IMG/VR virus record: IMGVR_UViG_3300014963_000512
Source: a virus
Taxonomy: Duplodnaviria > Heunggongvirae > Uroviricota > Caudoviricetes
Length of the DNA: 64,000 bases
Reading direction: 5' to 3' (one strand)
Made by a program: the position numbers and the translations under genes. The notes below the pieces were generated by a model. The model did no database searches. It saw only the letters and a program-made list of their open reading frames with translations, and was not told the DNA's origin. Below, piece by piece: positions 9,599-17,680 of this stretch; within the stretch, counting starts at the first letter, position 1; the number at the start of each line of letters is the position of its first letter.

Positions 9599-9997
9599 AT
9601 GGCAAAAATCACTATCGCAGGCGACGCAGCTGTCGTAACTTCCGCAATGAAGCTGGAGGACATCAAGACCATTGAGAAGTACCGCCCCAAGGAGCTGGTT
9701 CTCAAGGGCGGCGAGGACGGTAAGGAGCCTATCTTCGCTGTGGGTACCACCAGTGGTGCCGGTAACATCAACGCTTTCGGCGCTTCTTTCGGCGCTGAGA
9801 CCCGCGATGATGAGAAGCTGGCGTGCATCACCCTGTTCCTTGACGGCGTGACCGGCGATGTCAAGGATTGGGTTGCCGACCGTCTGGGCGCCGCCATCAT
9901 CAACCTCAACAAGCTTGAGGAGAAGCTGCCCGCCGTTCTCGATGAGATTGCGGGTGAGAAGGCAACTGTGATGAGCAACATCACGGTCGCTCAGTAA
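9599..9997 (+). CDS. hypothetical protein (132 aa), terminator-flanked and probably highly expressed
   Basis: ggagtacatacatcATG start. Strong terminators on both sides. Confidence 0.6.
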   Translation: MAKITIAGDAAVVTSAMKLEDIKTIEKYRPKELVLKGGEDGKEPIFAVGTTSGAGNINAFGASFGAETRDDEKLACITLFLDGVTGDVKDWVADRLGAAIINLNKLEEKLPAVLDEIAGEKATVMSNITVAQ

Positions 9998-10010
9998 TCA
10001 CGGGTCGCAA

Positions 10011-10045
10011 AACGGGGCGGTTTACACCGCCCCGTTCCGTTTCAC
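10011..10045 (+). terminator. rho-independent terminator
   Basis: aacggggcgg-tttaca-ccgccccgtt followed by ccgtttc. Confidence 0.75.
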
Positions 10046-10079
10046 AACAAAACAAATTTTGAATTAAAGGAGAAACATT

Positions 10080-10307
10080 ATGATTAAGGTTACTGTTGGC
10101 AACAATGTCAAGCGCGAGTCCGTTATCATCGACGAGTCCACTACCCTGCGTGCCTGCCTGGAGGCAAACGGCGTTGACTACACCCGTGGCGTCATGCACC
10201 TCGACGGTTCCTCTTTGAACCCCGGCGACCTCGACAAGACCTTCGCTCAGTTCGGTATCACCGAGAAGTGCTTCCTGCTGAATGTGGTCAAGGCCGATAA
10301 CGCCTGA
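10080..10307 (+). CDS. small protein (75 aa) with a ubiquitin/ThiS-like beta-grasp secondary-structure pattern but no C-terminal Gly-Gly
   Basis: taaaggagaaacattATG start. Layout MIKVTV..ESVIID..TTLRACLEANGVD..VMHLDG..LLNVVKADNA resembles the Ub/ThiS beta-beta-alpha-beta-beta arrangement. Followed by a terminator. Confidence 0.5.
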   Translation: MIKVTVGNNVKRESVIIDESTTLRACLEANGVDYTRGVMHLDGSSLNPGDLDKTFAQFGITEKCFLLNVVKADNA

Positions 10308-10329
10308 TTCACAAGCAATTAAACCAGCC

Positions 10330-10357
10330 GAGCCGCCCGAATGGGCGGCTCTTTCTA
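10330..10357 (+). terminator. rho-independent terminator
   Basis: gagccgccc-gaat-gggcggctc followed by tttct. Confidence 0.75.
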
Positions 10358-10358
10358 T

Positions 10359-10443
10359 GGGGAATTGGCGGAACAGGCAGACGCTGCGGACTTAAAATCC
10401 GCTGGTGCATACCATATCGGTTCGACTCCGATATTCCCCACCA
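10359..10443 (+). tRNA. tRNA-Leu(TAA)
   Basis: Acceptor GGGGAAT/ATTCCCC-A-CCA. Stem GCGGA/TCCGC. Loop CTTAAAA. Long variable arm. Confidence 0.85.
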
Positions 10444-10470
10444 TATAACAAAATGAATAGAGGTGTTCCT

Positions 10471-11934
10471 ATGTTCAAAACAAGCATTTCGTCAACGCCG
10501 TTTACCACGGAAGCTGCCAATAGCTACTTCACCAACATTACCGGCGGTGCTTTCGGCAACGACTGCTCTTTCCTTGCGACGCTTCGTGCCTTAGTTGCAC
10601 CTCGAATCAAAGAGGGAGAGTCCGTCAATCTGGTGTTCGGCTCTTCCGATTATACGGCAGACACTATTCGGAGTGTTCCAGCGGACAGAGCCGTTTTGGC
10701 TGTCTGCAACAACTATGATATGAACGCGACGGGACAGGTTGTTGTTCATAGTTTGCGGGCAGATTCGGACAGCAATTTTGCCAACATGAAAATCATCGCT
10801 GACAAGTTTGCCTCTGTGTATGCGGGGTATCATCGCCTCGAAAAGTTCGCAGAGTTCTACCGCAAGTCTTTCGCCGTAGATTGCTATATCAATCCCGAAC
10901 TTAAAAGCGTTATTATCTTTGCGGACAGCCTCGACATCCGCAAAATGCACTACCTGCAGGTTTCTATCCTTGCATTCCTGCCGTGGTATCTGAACCAGCA
11001 GGAGGGCATCACTGAGGATGAACTTGCGTTGGTCAAGTCCCTTCGTGAGAAGAACTCAGAAGAGTATGAACGCTGTCTTGCCAAACTTGCAGAACGGTAT
11101 GATTTCCGAACCGCAAGAATCCGCCAGCTGTTGAAGGGGTTTGAAACCCGCTATGAGCAGATTGAGTGCGACCGGGTCAGGCAGATGATTCAGAACATTG
11201 ATAGAGAAATCACCCGCCTGAATGACAATATCGGTGAACAGTTCACGAAGCGTAATGAGCAGTGCATTCGTTTGCTGGGGCTTGAGCAGAAAGTTGCCGA
11301 TGGCGGTGAGGACTCCGAAATCATGGAGTACTTCCTGTGTAATACCAAGCTGGTTCTGGAGCGTGTGACCAACACCGATATGTATTTCACGGTCAAGGAC
11401 TGCCTGGAATATTTTGACCGGGATATGGCGGAGCGAATCATCAATCGTGCTACCAGCTTCGTTTATCGTCCTGATGGTGGTTCCGGCCATACAGGTGCAG
11501 CTGCTGAGAAGATGAAAAGGCTGATGACTGAAATCTTTGTCAGCGAAGAGCCACGTTTGAAAATTCGTGTCTGCGCATCGTATCGCTTTGATCTCAACGG
11601 CAGCGTTTCTCCGCAGGGGCATCGGAGCTTTGGCGCAGAGTACGCTGATTATCTTCCCAATCCCCACATCAACGACTACAACTGCATGGGCAACTATACC
11701 ACCACTATCAACAGGCTCCTCAAGAATCACGATTACATCGGTGCGTTGGAGCAGTGCATTGCTTCCTGCAAGAGTCTTAACTGGGGTGACTCTGCGGTTA
11801 TGACTTCGTTTATGCGGTCTATGTGGGGCAACGGCAGCAACAATCGCTGCATCGAACTGCCTGATGGTCGTGTTGTAAAGCCCAACGAAGCCATCACTTG
11901 GTTGGAGCAGCAAGAAGCACAGACAAATGAGTAA
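10471..11934 (+). CDS. hypothetical protein (about 488 aa), first gene of the tRNA-bounded island
   Basis: agagg RBS before ATG 10471. An alternative in-frame ATG lies at 10453. No recognisable catalytic motif. Confidence 0.55.
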   Translation: MFKTSISSTPFTTEAANSYFTNITGGAFGNDCSFLATLRALVAPRIKEGESVNLVFGSSDYTADTIRSVPADRAVLAVCNNYDMNATGQVVVHSLRADSDSNFANMKIIADKFASVYAGYHRLEKFAEFYRKSFAVDCYINPELKSVIIFADSLDIRKMHYLQVSILAFLPWYLNQQEGITEDELALVKSLREKNSEEYERCLAKLAERYDFRTARIRQLLKGFETRYEQIECDRVRQMIQNIDREITRLNDNIGEQFTKRNEQCIRLLGLEQKVADGGEDSEIMEYFLCNTKLVLERVTNTDMYFTVKDCLEYFDRDMAERIINRATSFVYRPDGGSGHTGAAAEKMKRLMTEIFVSEEPRLKIRVCASYRFDLNGSVSPQGHRSFGAEYADYLPNPHINDYNCMGNYTTTINRLLKNHDYIGALEQCIASCKSLNWGDSAVMTSFMRSMWGNGSNNRCIELPDGRVVKPNEAITWLEQQEAQTNE

Positions 11935-11950
11935 GCGGAGGAGGCGCAAA

Positions 11951-12913
11951 ATGAGTAAACCCATTAAGATGACCGAGCAGTACATGGCTGAGTGCCGTGC
12001 GGACTTTGAAAAGGCTCTGCAACTCACAAAGCTTGCAGATGGAAAACTGTCATTCACGAAGGTGTTCACCTGTGGTGACAGAAAAGCAACTGTCGTCTTT
12101 ACCGCTGGAGCATGGGCAAAGATGGCACTCCTTATCAAGGAGTTCGATAAAGAGGTCGCTTGGCATGGTGTTGCACATCGTGCAGCCGACGAAGCCGTAG
12201 ATGAGTACATCATCGAAGACATCGTGGTTTATCCGCAGGAGGTTTCTGGCACCACGGTTGAGATGGATACCGAGAAGTACGCTGAGTGGTTGATGCAGAA
12301 TGCAGACGATGAGCGTTTCAACAACATTCATATGCAGGGGCATTCCCATGTCAATATGCCGACCAGTCCTTCCTCTGTAGACCTCAATCATCAGGAGGAA
12401 ATCCTCAATATGCTGGGGGACGATGATTTCTACATCTTCATGATTTGGAACAAGTCGTTTGTCAGTACAAATAAAATCTATGACCTCAAGAAGAATGTCC
12501 TGTTTGAAGATAAGGACATCACCGTCAAGCTTGAGGGTGAGCATGAGGGGCTGGCCGAGTTCCTCAAGACCGCCAAGGATATGGTCAAGCAGAAAAGCTA
12601 TACCTATGGCAACTATGGCGGATATGGCGGCTACAGTGGCAATCGCCCGCCTTATTCCGGCGCCCCTTACAATCCTCTTCCGGGAAGCAAAAAGGATGAG
12701 AAAGAGGACAAGGGCGGTAAGAAGTCCGATAAGAAGTCTGACGATAAGAAATCGGACAAGAAGTCTGAAAAGTCCGGCGAGAAACCGCGCACAAGAATCG
12801 GTGCGGGTTGGCAAGGAAAGAACGCCAGTCAGCAGTCCATGTGGGACGAAGATGACGATGACTCTGTGTATCCCTATGGAGGCTACAGCGACCAGTATCT
12901 TGGAGGTGAGTAA
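11951..12913 (+). CDS. JAB/MPN(+) metalloprotease-domain protein with a long Gly/Tyr/Lys-rich disordered C-terminal tail
   Basis: ggaggagg RBS. JAMM motif E...HMQGHSHVNMPTSPSSVD (HxHx7Sx2D). Low-complexity tail GGYGGYSGNRPPYSGAPY...KKSDKKSDDKKSDKK. Protein ends ...YLGGE. Confidence 0.7.
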   Translation: MSKPIKMTEQYMAECRADFEKALQLTKLADGKLSFTKVFTCGDRKATVVFTAGAWAKMALLIKEFDKEVAWHGVAHRAADEAVDEYIIEDIVVYPQEVSGTTVEMDTEKYAEWLMQNADDERFNNIHMQGHSHVNMPTSPSSVDLNHQEEILNMLGDDDFYIFMIWNKSFVSTNKIYDLKKNVLFEDKDITVKLEGEHEGLAEFLKTAKDMVKQKSYTYGNYGGYGGYSGNRPPYSGAPYNPLPGSKKDEKEDKGGKKSDKKSDDKKSDKKSEKSGEKPRTRIGAGWQGKNASQQSMWDEDDDDSVYPYGGYSDQYLGGE

Positions 12914-12915
12914 TA

Positions 12916-13593
12916 ATGGCGATGGATTTGTCTAAAAGCTACGAGTATTTTCAGCCTGAAAAGATTGAGGCTCGCATTAACATTGTTGGATGTGGTTCTG
13001 TCGGCGCAACACTGGCAGAGAACCTCGTCCGTCTTGGCATCACCAATCTCGCCCTGTGGGATATGGATGTCGTGAATCCGCACAATCTGGCAAACCAGAT
13101 TTTCCGCCAGCAGGATATCGGTCGCCCCAAAGTGGAGGCTCTGGCAGATATTCTGTTTGAAATCAATCCCGAAATCAAAGATGACCTCAAGCTTTACGGC
13201 AAGGGGTGGAGTGGTCAGCAGCTTTCCGGCTATGTCTTCCTCTGCGTGGACAATATCGAACTGCGCCGCCAGATTGTTGAAAAGCATTTTGACAATCCTT
13301 ATGTCAAAGCGATGCTGGATTTCCGAACTCTGCTGGAATCCGCACAGCATTATGCTGCTGACTGGTCTGACTACAAGATGAAGAAAGACCTGTTGAACTC
13401 CATGAATTTCAGTCATGAAGAAGCGGCTGAGGAAACGCCTGTCTCCGCCTGCGGCATTACGCTGGGTGTTGCACCGACTGTCAGAGCTATCTGCGCACTT
13501 GGCGTTGCCAACTTTGTCAACTTCATTCGTGGCAAGGGGTTGAAAAAGCTTATCATCTTGGATGCGTTCAACTTTATGTTGGACGCTTTTTAA
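12916..13593 (+). CDS. ThiF/MoeB/E1-like adenylyltransferase (ubiquitin-activating-enzyme family, minimal 225 aa form)
   Basis: Rossmann IVGCGSVGATLAENLVRLGI, DMDVVNPHNLANQ and VFLCVDN motifs. Start overlaps the JAB stop (TAATAATG). Confidence 0.8.
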   Translation: MAMDLSKSYEYFQPEKIEARINIVGCGSVGATLAENLVRLGITNLALWDMDVVNPHNLANQIFRQQDIGRPKVEALADILFEINPEIKDDLKLYGKGWSGQQLSGYVFLCVDNIELRRQIVEKHFDNPYVKAMLDFRTLLESAQHYAADWSDYKMKKDLLNSMNFSHEEAAEETPVSACGITLGVAPTVRAICALGVANFVNFIRGKGLKKLIILDAFNFMLDAF

Positions 13594-13627
13594 TCAGCAA
13601 TGAGAAACGAAAGGAGGGCGGTGCATT

Positions 13628-14437
13628 ATGGATACTACCGTTGAACGCCTTAAGGTCGGCACACCGGTCATCATTGGCTCTTACGGTGTCAACAATGATG
13701 AGCCGCACCCTGTTGTTTGGCTGAAAGGCAGTCCAAACTGCGATTTTATCACTGAATGTGCTGTGGATTATCTTTGCTTTGATGCACCAGAAAGAACTGG
13801 AGACGGCAGGCGCAATCTTGGTAATCCCGACTACCGGCTTTCCAATATCCATACATTCCTGAACAGTGACAGAGACGATTGGTTTTGCAAGACACACGAA
13901 GCGGATGCTCCTCCCAATAATGTCTTTTCCAATCGGGCTCAAAGCTATCGTAACCACTACGGGTTTCTGTACTTCTTCGAGGATTACGAGCTTGATAGCT
14001 TGCAGATGCAGCAGTATGTGGTTGACGGTGAGACGATTAGTTCCCTCATTCGGCTTCCTACCATCACCGATATCCTTGATGACCAGTTGAAGCTAAAGCT
14101 GTTTCACAAGAAGGGTATCCGTCCTAAAGCAACGCAAGACTGTGCCGATAAGAAAGGCCGGTTTGGCAATTTCGGCTGGGAGTCTTACATGAACTTCTGG
14201 TTAGCGGGTAAACAGGATGGATTCAGAGATTATGCTTTGACTCTTGGTCGGGCAGGGTATTATGAGAGGAAGTACCCCCGTGACTGCGCAGGGCTTAGAC
14301 CGATGTGCCGGTTGAAACCGGAAACGGCAGTAGTGGTTGATGAAAACGGCGTAGTCCACATCAAACCTTATGCGTTGAAAAACGAAACCTGCACAGATGC
14401 AGAACTGTTCGAGCTTTTAGGTGTGGCGCAGCCTTAA
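13628..14437 (+). CDS. hypothetical protein (269 aa) immediately upstream of the retron-like ncRNA
   Basis: aaggagggcggtgcattATG. Confidence 0.55.
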   Translation: MDTTVERLKVGTPVIIGSYGVNNDEPHPVVWLKGSPNCDFITECAVDYLCFDAPERTGDGRRNLGNPDYRLSNIHTFLNSDRDDWFCKTHEADAPPNNVFSNRAQSYRNHYGFLYFFEDYELDSLQMQQYVVDGETISSLIRLPTITDILDDQLKLKLFHKKGIRPKATQDCADKKGRFGNFGWESYMNFWLAGKQDGFRDYALTLGRAGYYERKYPRDCAGLRPMCRLKPETAVVVDENGVVHIKPYALKNETCTDAELFELLGVAQP

Positions 14438-14449
14438 AATGCGCTATTG

Positions 14450-14771
14450 AACTGTAACGAATTACCCTTTTCGGGGGCTTCACGCCAAAGGCTGAAGTAA
14501 CAAATTGTCGGGGTGGAAAACACCGCCTGCCCAGAGAGGTGACCAGAGACTCCTCCGGAGTCAGCAGGTCACGGACATCCGCCAGGAACTCGAAGGCAGG
14601 GATAACATAACAATCCTGACTTGTCAAGTAATATTCCCCACAAAAACCCACCCAATTACGACAATTACCCTAACTCTCACCAGAAAAGTGCTCCCCAAGG
14701 CAGCTCACTCAGCTCGCTGCAGATGAGCTTCTTTTGATTCAAACGCAGCAGTACTCATGTAGGTTACAGTT
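14450..14771 (+). ncRNA. retron msr/msd-like structured RNA, unit A (upstream of the RT)
   Basis: Flanked by 9-bp inverted repeats a1 aactgtaac (14450-58) and a2 gttacagtt (14763-71). Conserved 5' module CGCCAAAGGCtgAAGTAACAA at 14483. Conserved 3' module catgtaggtt precedes a2. RT start codon lies 28 nt after a2, as in canonical retrons. Confidence 0.6.
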
Positions 14772-14798
14772 ACGACTATAAAAAGGAGGCATAGGGCT

Positions 14799-15935
14799 AT
14801 GGTATATATCACGGTCATGCAATCCCCGATTTATCACCAAATGACGCTGGAAGAGTTCCTCTTTCAAAACTTCCAAGCGCCAACCATATTAAACACAAAT
14901 GTTTCCAACACACGAACCTATGCATATGAAACGGTAAGTGAGCATTTCACAAGCCGCATTGATACGGATGCTCTTATCCGTAAACTGGTGCGCTTTAATG
15001 AGCAAACGGAGGCGCTTCGCACGCAGGAGCGCAGTACTTTGTATGAAACATTCCACATCCCCAAAAAGTCTGGTGGTTTGCGTCGTATTGATGCCCCTAA
15101 GCCGGAGCTGATGAACGCATTGCGGAATCTCAAGACTATTTTTGAGGAGGATTTCCATGCGCTGTATCATACTTCTGCATTCGCCTATGTAAAAAACAGA
15201 TGCACGGTTGATGCGGTCAAGCGTCATCAGAAAAACAACAGCAAATGGTTCGGCAAGTTGGATTTGCACGATTTCTTTGGAAGCACTACGCTGGATTATG
15301 TTATCAAAATGTTTTCTATGGTGTTTCCCTTCAGCGAAATCGTAAAAACTCCCAACGGCGAGGCAGAGTTGAGAAAGGCTTTGGACTTGGCTTTCCTAAA
15401 TGGCGGCCTTCCGCAGGGAACTCCGCTTTCCCCGCTGATTACCAATGTGATGATGATTCCCGTTGACCATAAGCTTGCCAATGCATTCCGGGATTTTGAT
15501 AAACAGCGGTTTATTTATACCAGATATGCGGATGACTTCATTATTTCATCTAAGGTCGATTTCGATGTGCATCGTGTAGAAAAACTTGTGGTGGATACGC
15601 TGCATGAATTTGGAGCGCCATTTACCATCAACGAAAGCAAGACGAGGTATGGTTCTTCCGCAGGCCGGAACTGGAATCTCGGCGTCATGCTCAATAAGGA
15701 CAACGAAATTACCGTCGGCCATAAGAAGAAGCGTCAGTTCCAGTCTATGCTTTACAACTATATTACCGATAAACGCAAGGGTATCTCGTGGCCGAGAGAG
15801 GATATTCAAACTATGCAGGGCTTACATAGCTACTATCGCATGGTAGAGCCGGAGACTATCGATGCCATCGTGAAGCATACCAACGAAAAAATGGAGACAG
15901 ATGTCCTGCGGCTTATCAAAGACGATTTAAGATAA
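14799..15935 (+). CDS. retron-family reverse transcriptase
   Basis: RT motifs FHIPKKSGGLRRI, VDAVKRH (NAxxH-like), KLDLHDFFGS, GLPQGTPLSPLITN, YTRYADDFIIS, ESKTRYG and an NLGVML (VTG-like) region. Collinear with the Ec86 retron RT motifs. aaaaaggaggcatagggctATG start. Confidence 0.85.
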   Translation: MVYITVMQSPIYHQMTLEEFLFQNFQAPTILNTNVSNTRTYAYETVSEHFTSRIDTDALIRKLVRFNEQTEALRTQERSTLYETFHIPKKSGGLRRIDAPKPELMNALRNLKTIFEEDFHALYHTSAFAYVKNRCTVDAVKRHQKNNSKWFGKLDLHDFFGSTTLDYVIKMFSMVFPFSEIVKTPNGEAELRKALDLAFLNGGLPQGTPLSPLITNVMMIPVDHKLANAFRDFDKQRFIYTRYADDFIISSKVDFDVHRVEKLVVDTLHEFGAPFTINESKTRYGSSAGRNWNLGVMLNKDNEITVGHKKKRQFQSMLYNYITDKRKGISWPREDIQTMQGLHSYYRMVEPETIDAIVKHTNEKMETDVLRLIKDDLR

Positions 15936-15942
15936 TCCCTTT

Positions 15943-15970
15943 GGCGGTTTGAGGTTAAACCGCCCTTTCC
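15943..15970 (+). terminator. hairpin after the RT stop (ggcggttt-gaggtt-aaaccgcc) with a weak U-tract. Terminator or RNA structural element.
   Basis: 8-bp perfect stem followed by ctttcc. Confidence 0.4.
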
Positions 15971-16241
15971 TGTAATGGATAATTGCGAAAGCAATGCTTA
16001 TCGCCAAAGGCATAAGTAACAACTTGCTGGGGAGGAACACCCCGCCTCTTCCTGAAGACCGGCTGACGACGCGGCTGCGACCCAGTCGGGCTCGTCATCA
16101 AGCACGAGAAATATAGTCAGTGGTCATTGCGGCACAATGGATTCCACACCAGCAGAGAATTAAAAATAGGAACTAACCGCACCTGCGAGGTGCTCCAGGC
16201 GCCTCGCATCCGGCACGCTTATCCTATGTAGATTACAGGAA
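15967..16241 (+). ncRNA. retron msr/msd-like structured RNA, unit B (downstream of the RT)
   Basis: a1 ttcctgtaat (15967-76) pairs with a2 attacaggaa (16232-41), 10 bp. GNRA hairpin attgc-gaaa-gcaat at 15982-95. 5' module CGCCAAAGGCatAAGTAACAA at 16002. 3' module ctatgtagatt. Confidence 0.55.
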
Positions 16242-16250
16242 CACCAAAAT

Positions 16251-16555
16251 CATTTGCAATGAATAACATCCCGAAAGGAATGTGCTTTGCGCCAAAGGCC
16301 AAAGTAACAATTTGCTGGGAAACGAAGGCCGCCTGCCACCGAAGGCAAACGCGGGTCTTGAGATGCGCATCCGGAAGCACGCACCTCCATCGCCGAATGA
16401 AAACAAGAAGATAAGCAGGCAACGGGACAAGACGCACTGCGGCACAATAGCTTCCCACCAAAAAAAAACCAAATCACGGAACATCGTCGAGCGAATCGCA
16501 GGGCCCTTGGACGGTACCCTGGATACAGGGCTATGCTCCATGTAGATTGCAAGTG
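16251..16555 (+). ncRNA. retron msr/msd-like structured RNA, unit C
   Basis: a1 catttgcaat (16251-60) pairs with a2 attgcaagtg (16546-55), 10 bp including one G-U. Hairpin cc-gaaa-gg. 5' module CGCCAAAGGCcaAAGTAACAA at 16290. Internal block tgcggcacaat shared with unit B. 3' module ccatgtagatt. Confidence 0.55.
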
Positions 16556-16574
16556 AAGAAAGGAATTAGATTCC

Positions 16575-17264
16575 ATGATATATGTGACAGGCGATACTCA
16601 CGCCAATATTGATATTGAAAAGCTTAACACGACAAAATTCCCGCAGCAGAAAAATCTGACAAAGGATGATTACCTGATAATATGTGGCGATTTTGGTTTG
16701 TGCTGGGATGGCTCACGCAGGGAGATGTGGTGGCAAGACTGGCTCACAGCCAAAAATTTCACCACGCTCTGGATTGACGGAAACCACGAAAACTTTGATA
16801 TGCTGTACCAGTTCCCGTTAGAGGATAAGTTCGGCGGCAAAGTAAGACAAATTGCACCGGACATTTATCATCTGGACAGAGGCCAGGTTCTTACCATTGA
16901 TGGCAGGAAAATCTTTTGTATGGGTGGCGCCCGTTCAGTGGACAAGGCGTATCGCACGGAGCATATTTCATGGTGGCAGCAGGAGATGCCGTCAAACGAG
17001 GAGATGGAGCGTGCAGTTTGTGCTCTGGAGCAGAACAACTGGACAGTTGATTATGTTGTGACACACTGTGCTCCCCGCAGTATCCAGACACTGCTGGCAA
17101 GTTGGTACGAAAACGACCCGATGGTCAGTTTTCTGGAGCGTATTCGTCAAGACCTTTGTTTTAAGCGGTGGTACTTCGGTCACTACCATGTAGACAAACA
17201 ACTTAATGACCAGTTTGTCGCCTTGTATAATCGGGTAATCCCAATTTCAGATATGCAGATGTAG
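16575..17264 (+). CDS. calcineurin-like metallophosphoesterase (lambda-PPase/Pnkp-phosphatase-like)
   Basis: Motifs VTGDTHAN, ICGDFG, GNHEN, GHYH. aaggaattagattccATG start. Follows unit C directly. Confidence 0.8.
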   Translation: MIYVTGDTHANIDIEKLNTTKFPQQKNLTKDDYLIICGDFGLCWDGSRREMWWQDWLTAKNFTTLWIDGNHENFDMLYQFPLEDKFGGKVRQIAPDIYHLDRGQVLTIDGRKIFCMGGARSVDKAYRTEHISWWQQEMPSNEEMERAVCALEQNNWTVDYVVTHCAPRSIQTLLASWYENDPMVSFLERIRQDLCFKRWYFGHYHVDKQLNDQFVALYNRVIPISDMQM

Positions 17265-17431
17265 CGGAATAGGTAGACGCCGCAGGGGTCATGCGGTTCG
17301 GCAAAGACACAGCATCATTCAAACCTATTGGGGTTTAAGAAGCTACCTCGGACGGGAACAAAGCCGGTTGTGGACAAGTCGAACAATGCGGGGTGCGAAT
17401 CCCCACCATCTGCACCATCGGCATGGCATTG
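17255..17431 (+). tRNA. tRNA-like element: Leu-type acceptor plus D-arm at the 5' end and T-arm plus acceptor plus CCA at the 3' end, separated by about 100 nt. Probable pseudo-tRNA or disrupted tRNA.
   Basis: GCAGATG-TA-GCGGAATAGGTAGACGC ... GGGGTGCGAATCCCC-AC-CATCTGC-A-CCA. The 5' end overlaps the phosphoesterase stop codon. T-loop reads TGCGAAT instead of TTCGAAT. Confidence 0.3.
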
Positions 17432-17602
17432 CCGTGGAAAGGACTAATGTTTCTCCAGAATTATGCCGGTGTGCCGACACATAGAAAGCGGCTGGGCTGT
17501 GCGGAGCCTGTAGAGACGGAATCCGCAACGCAGATACAGACCTGCGTTACCAAAGGTGCCGCGCTGGCAGGCCGCAAGTTCGCAATAGTCTGCCATCTAT
17601 AT

Positions 17603-17680
17603 ACGGGCGAATGTTCCAAGGCTGGCGAGGCGGTCTCCAAAACCGCTTGTGGTGGGTTCGATTCCCAACCGTCCGTGCCA
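17603..17680 (+). tRNA. tRNA-Trp(CCA)-like gene with a weak D-stem and one extra nucleotide at the T-arm/acceptor junction
   Basis: Acceptor ACGGGCG/CGTCCGT-G-CCA. Perfect anticodon stem GCGGT/ACCGC with loop CTCCAAA. T-loop TTCGATT. Same architecture as bacterial tRNA-Trp including the G discriminator. Confidence 0.45.

Noticed and set aside
14799-15935. Group II intron interpretation of the RT
   Set aside because: The protein is only 378 aa with no maturase X or endonuclease domain. The flanking RNA shows no domain V/VI consensus or intron boundaries GUGYG...AY.
16080-16150. Hammerhead-like CTGACGA ... GAAA motif inside unit B
   Set aside because: The three-stem hammerhead architecture with a cleavage triplet could not be folded consistently. 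The resemblance is limited to two short consensus fragments.
14450-16555. Diversity-generating retroelement (template/variable repeat) explanation for the repeated units around the RT
   Set aside because: Differences between the copies are not adenine-specific. No copy lies inside a target ORF 3' end. The RT shows retron motifs (NAxxH-like, VTG-like, YADD with LPQG) rather than the DGR signature (QGxxxSP replaced by IGxxxSQ). No Avd-like gene is present.
17255-17431. tmRNA interpretation of the tRNA-like element with a long insertion
   Set aside because: At 177 nt it is far shorter than tmRNAs. There is no resume codon or tag-peptide ORF with a terminal ...AA stop context, and no pseudoknot series.
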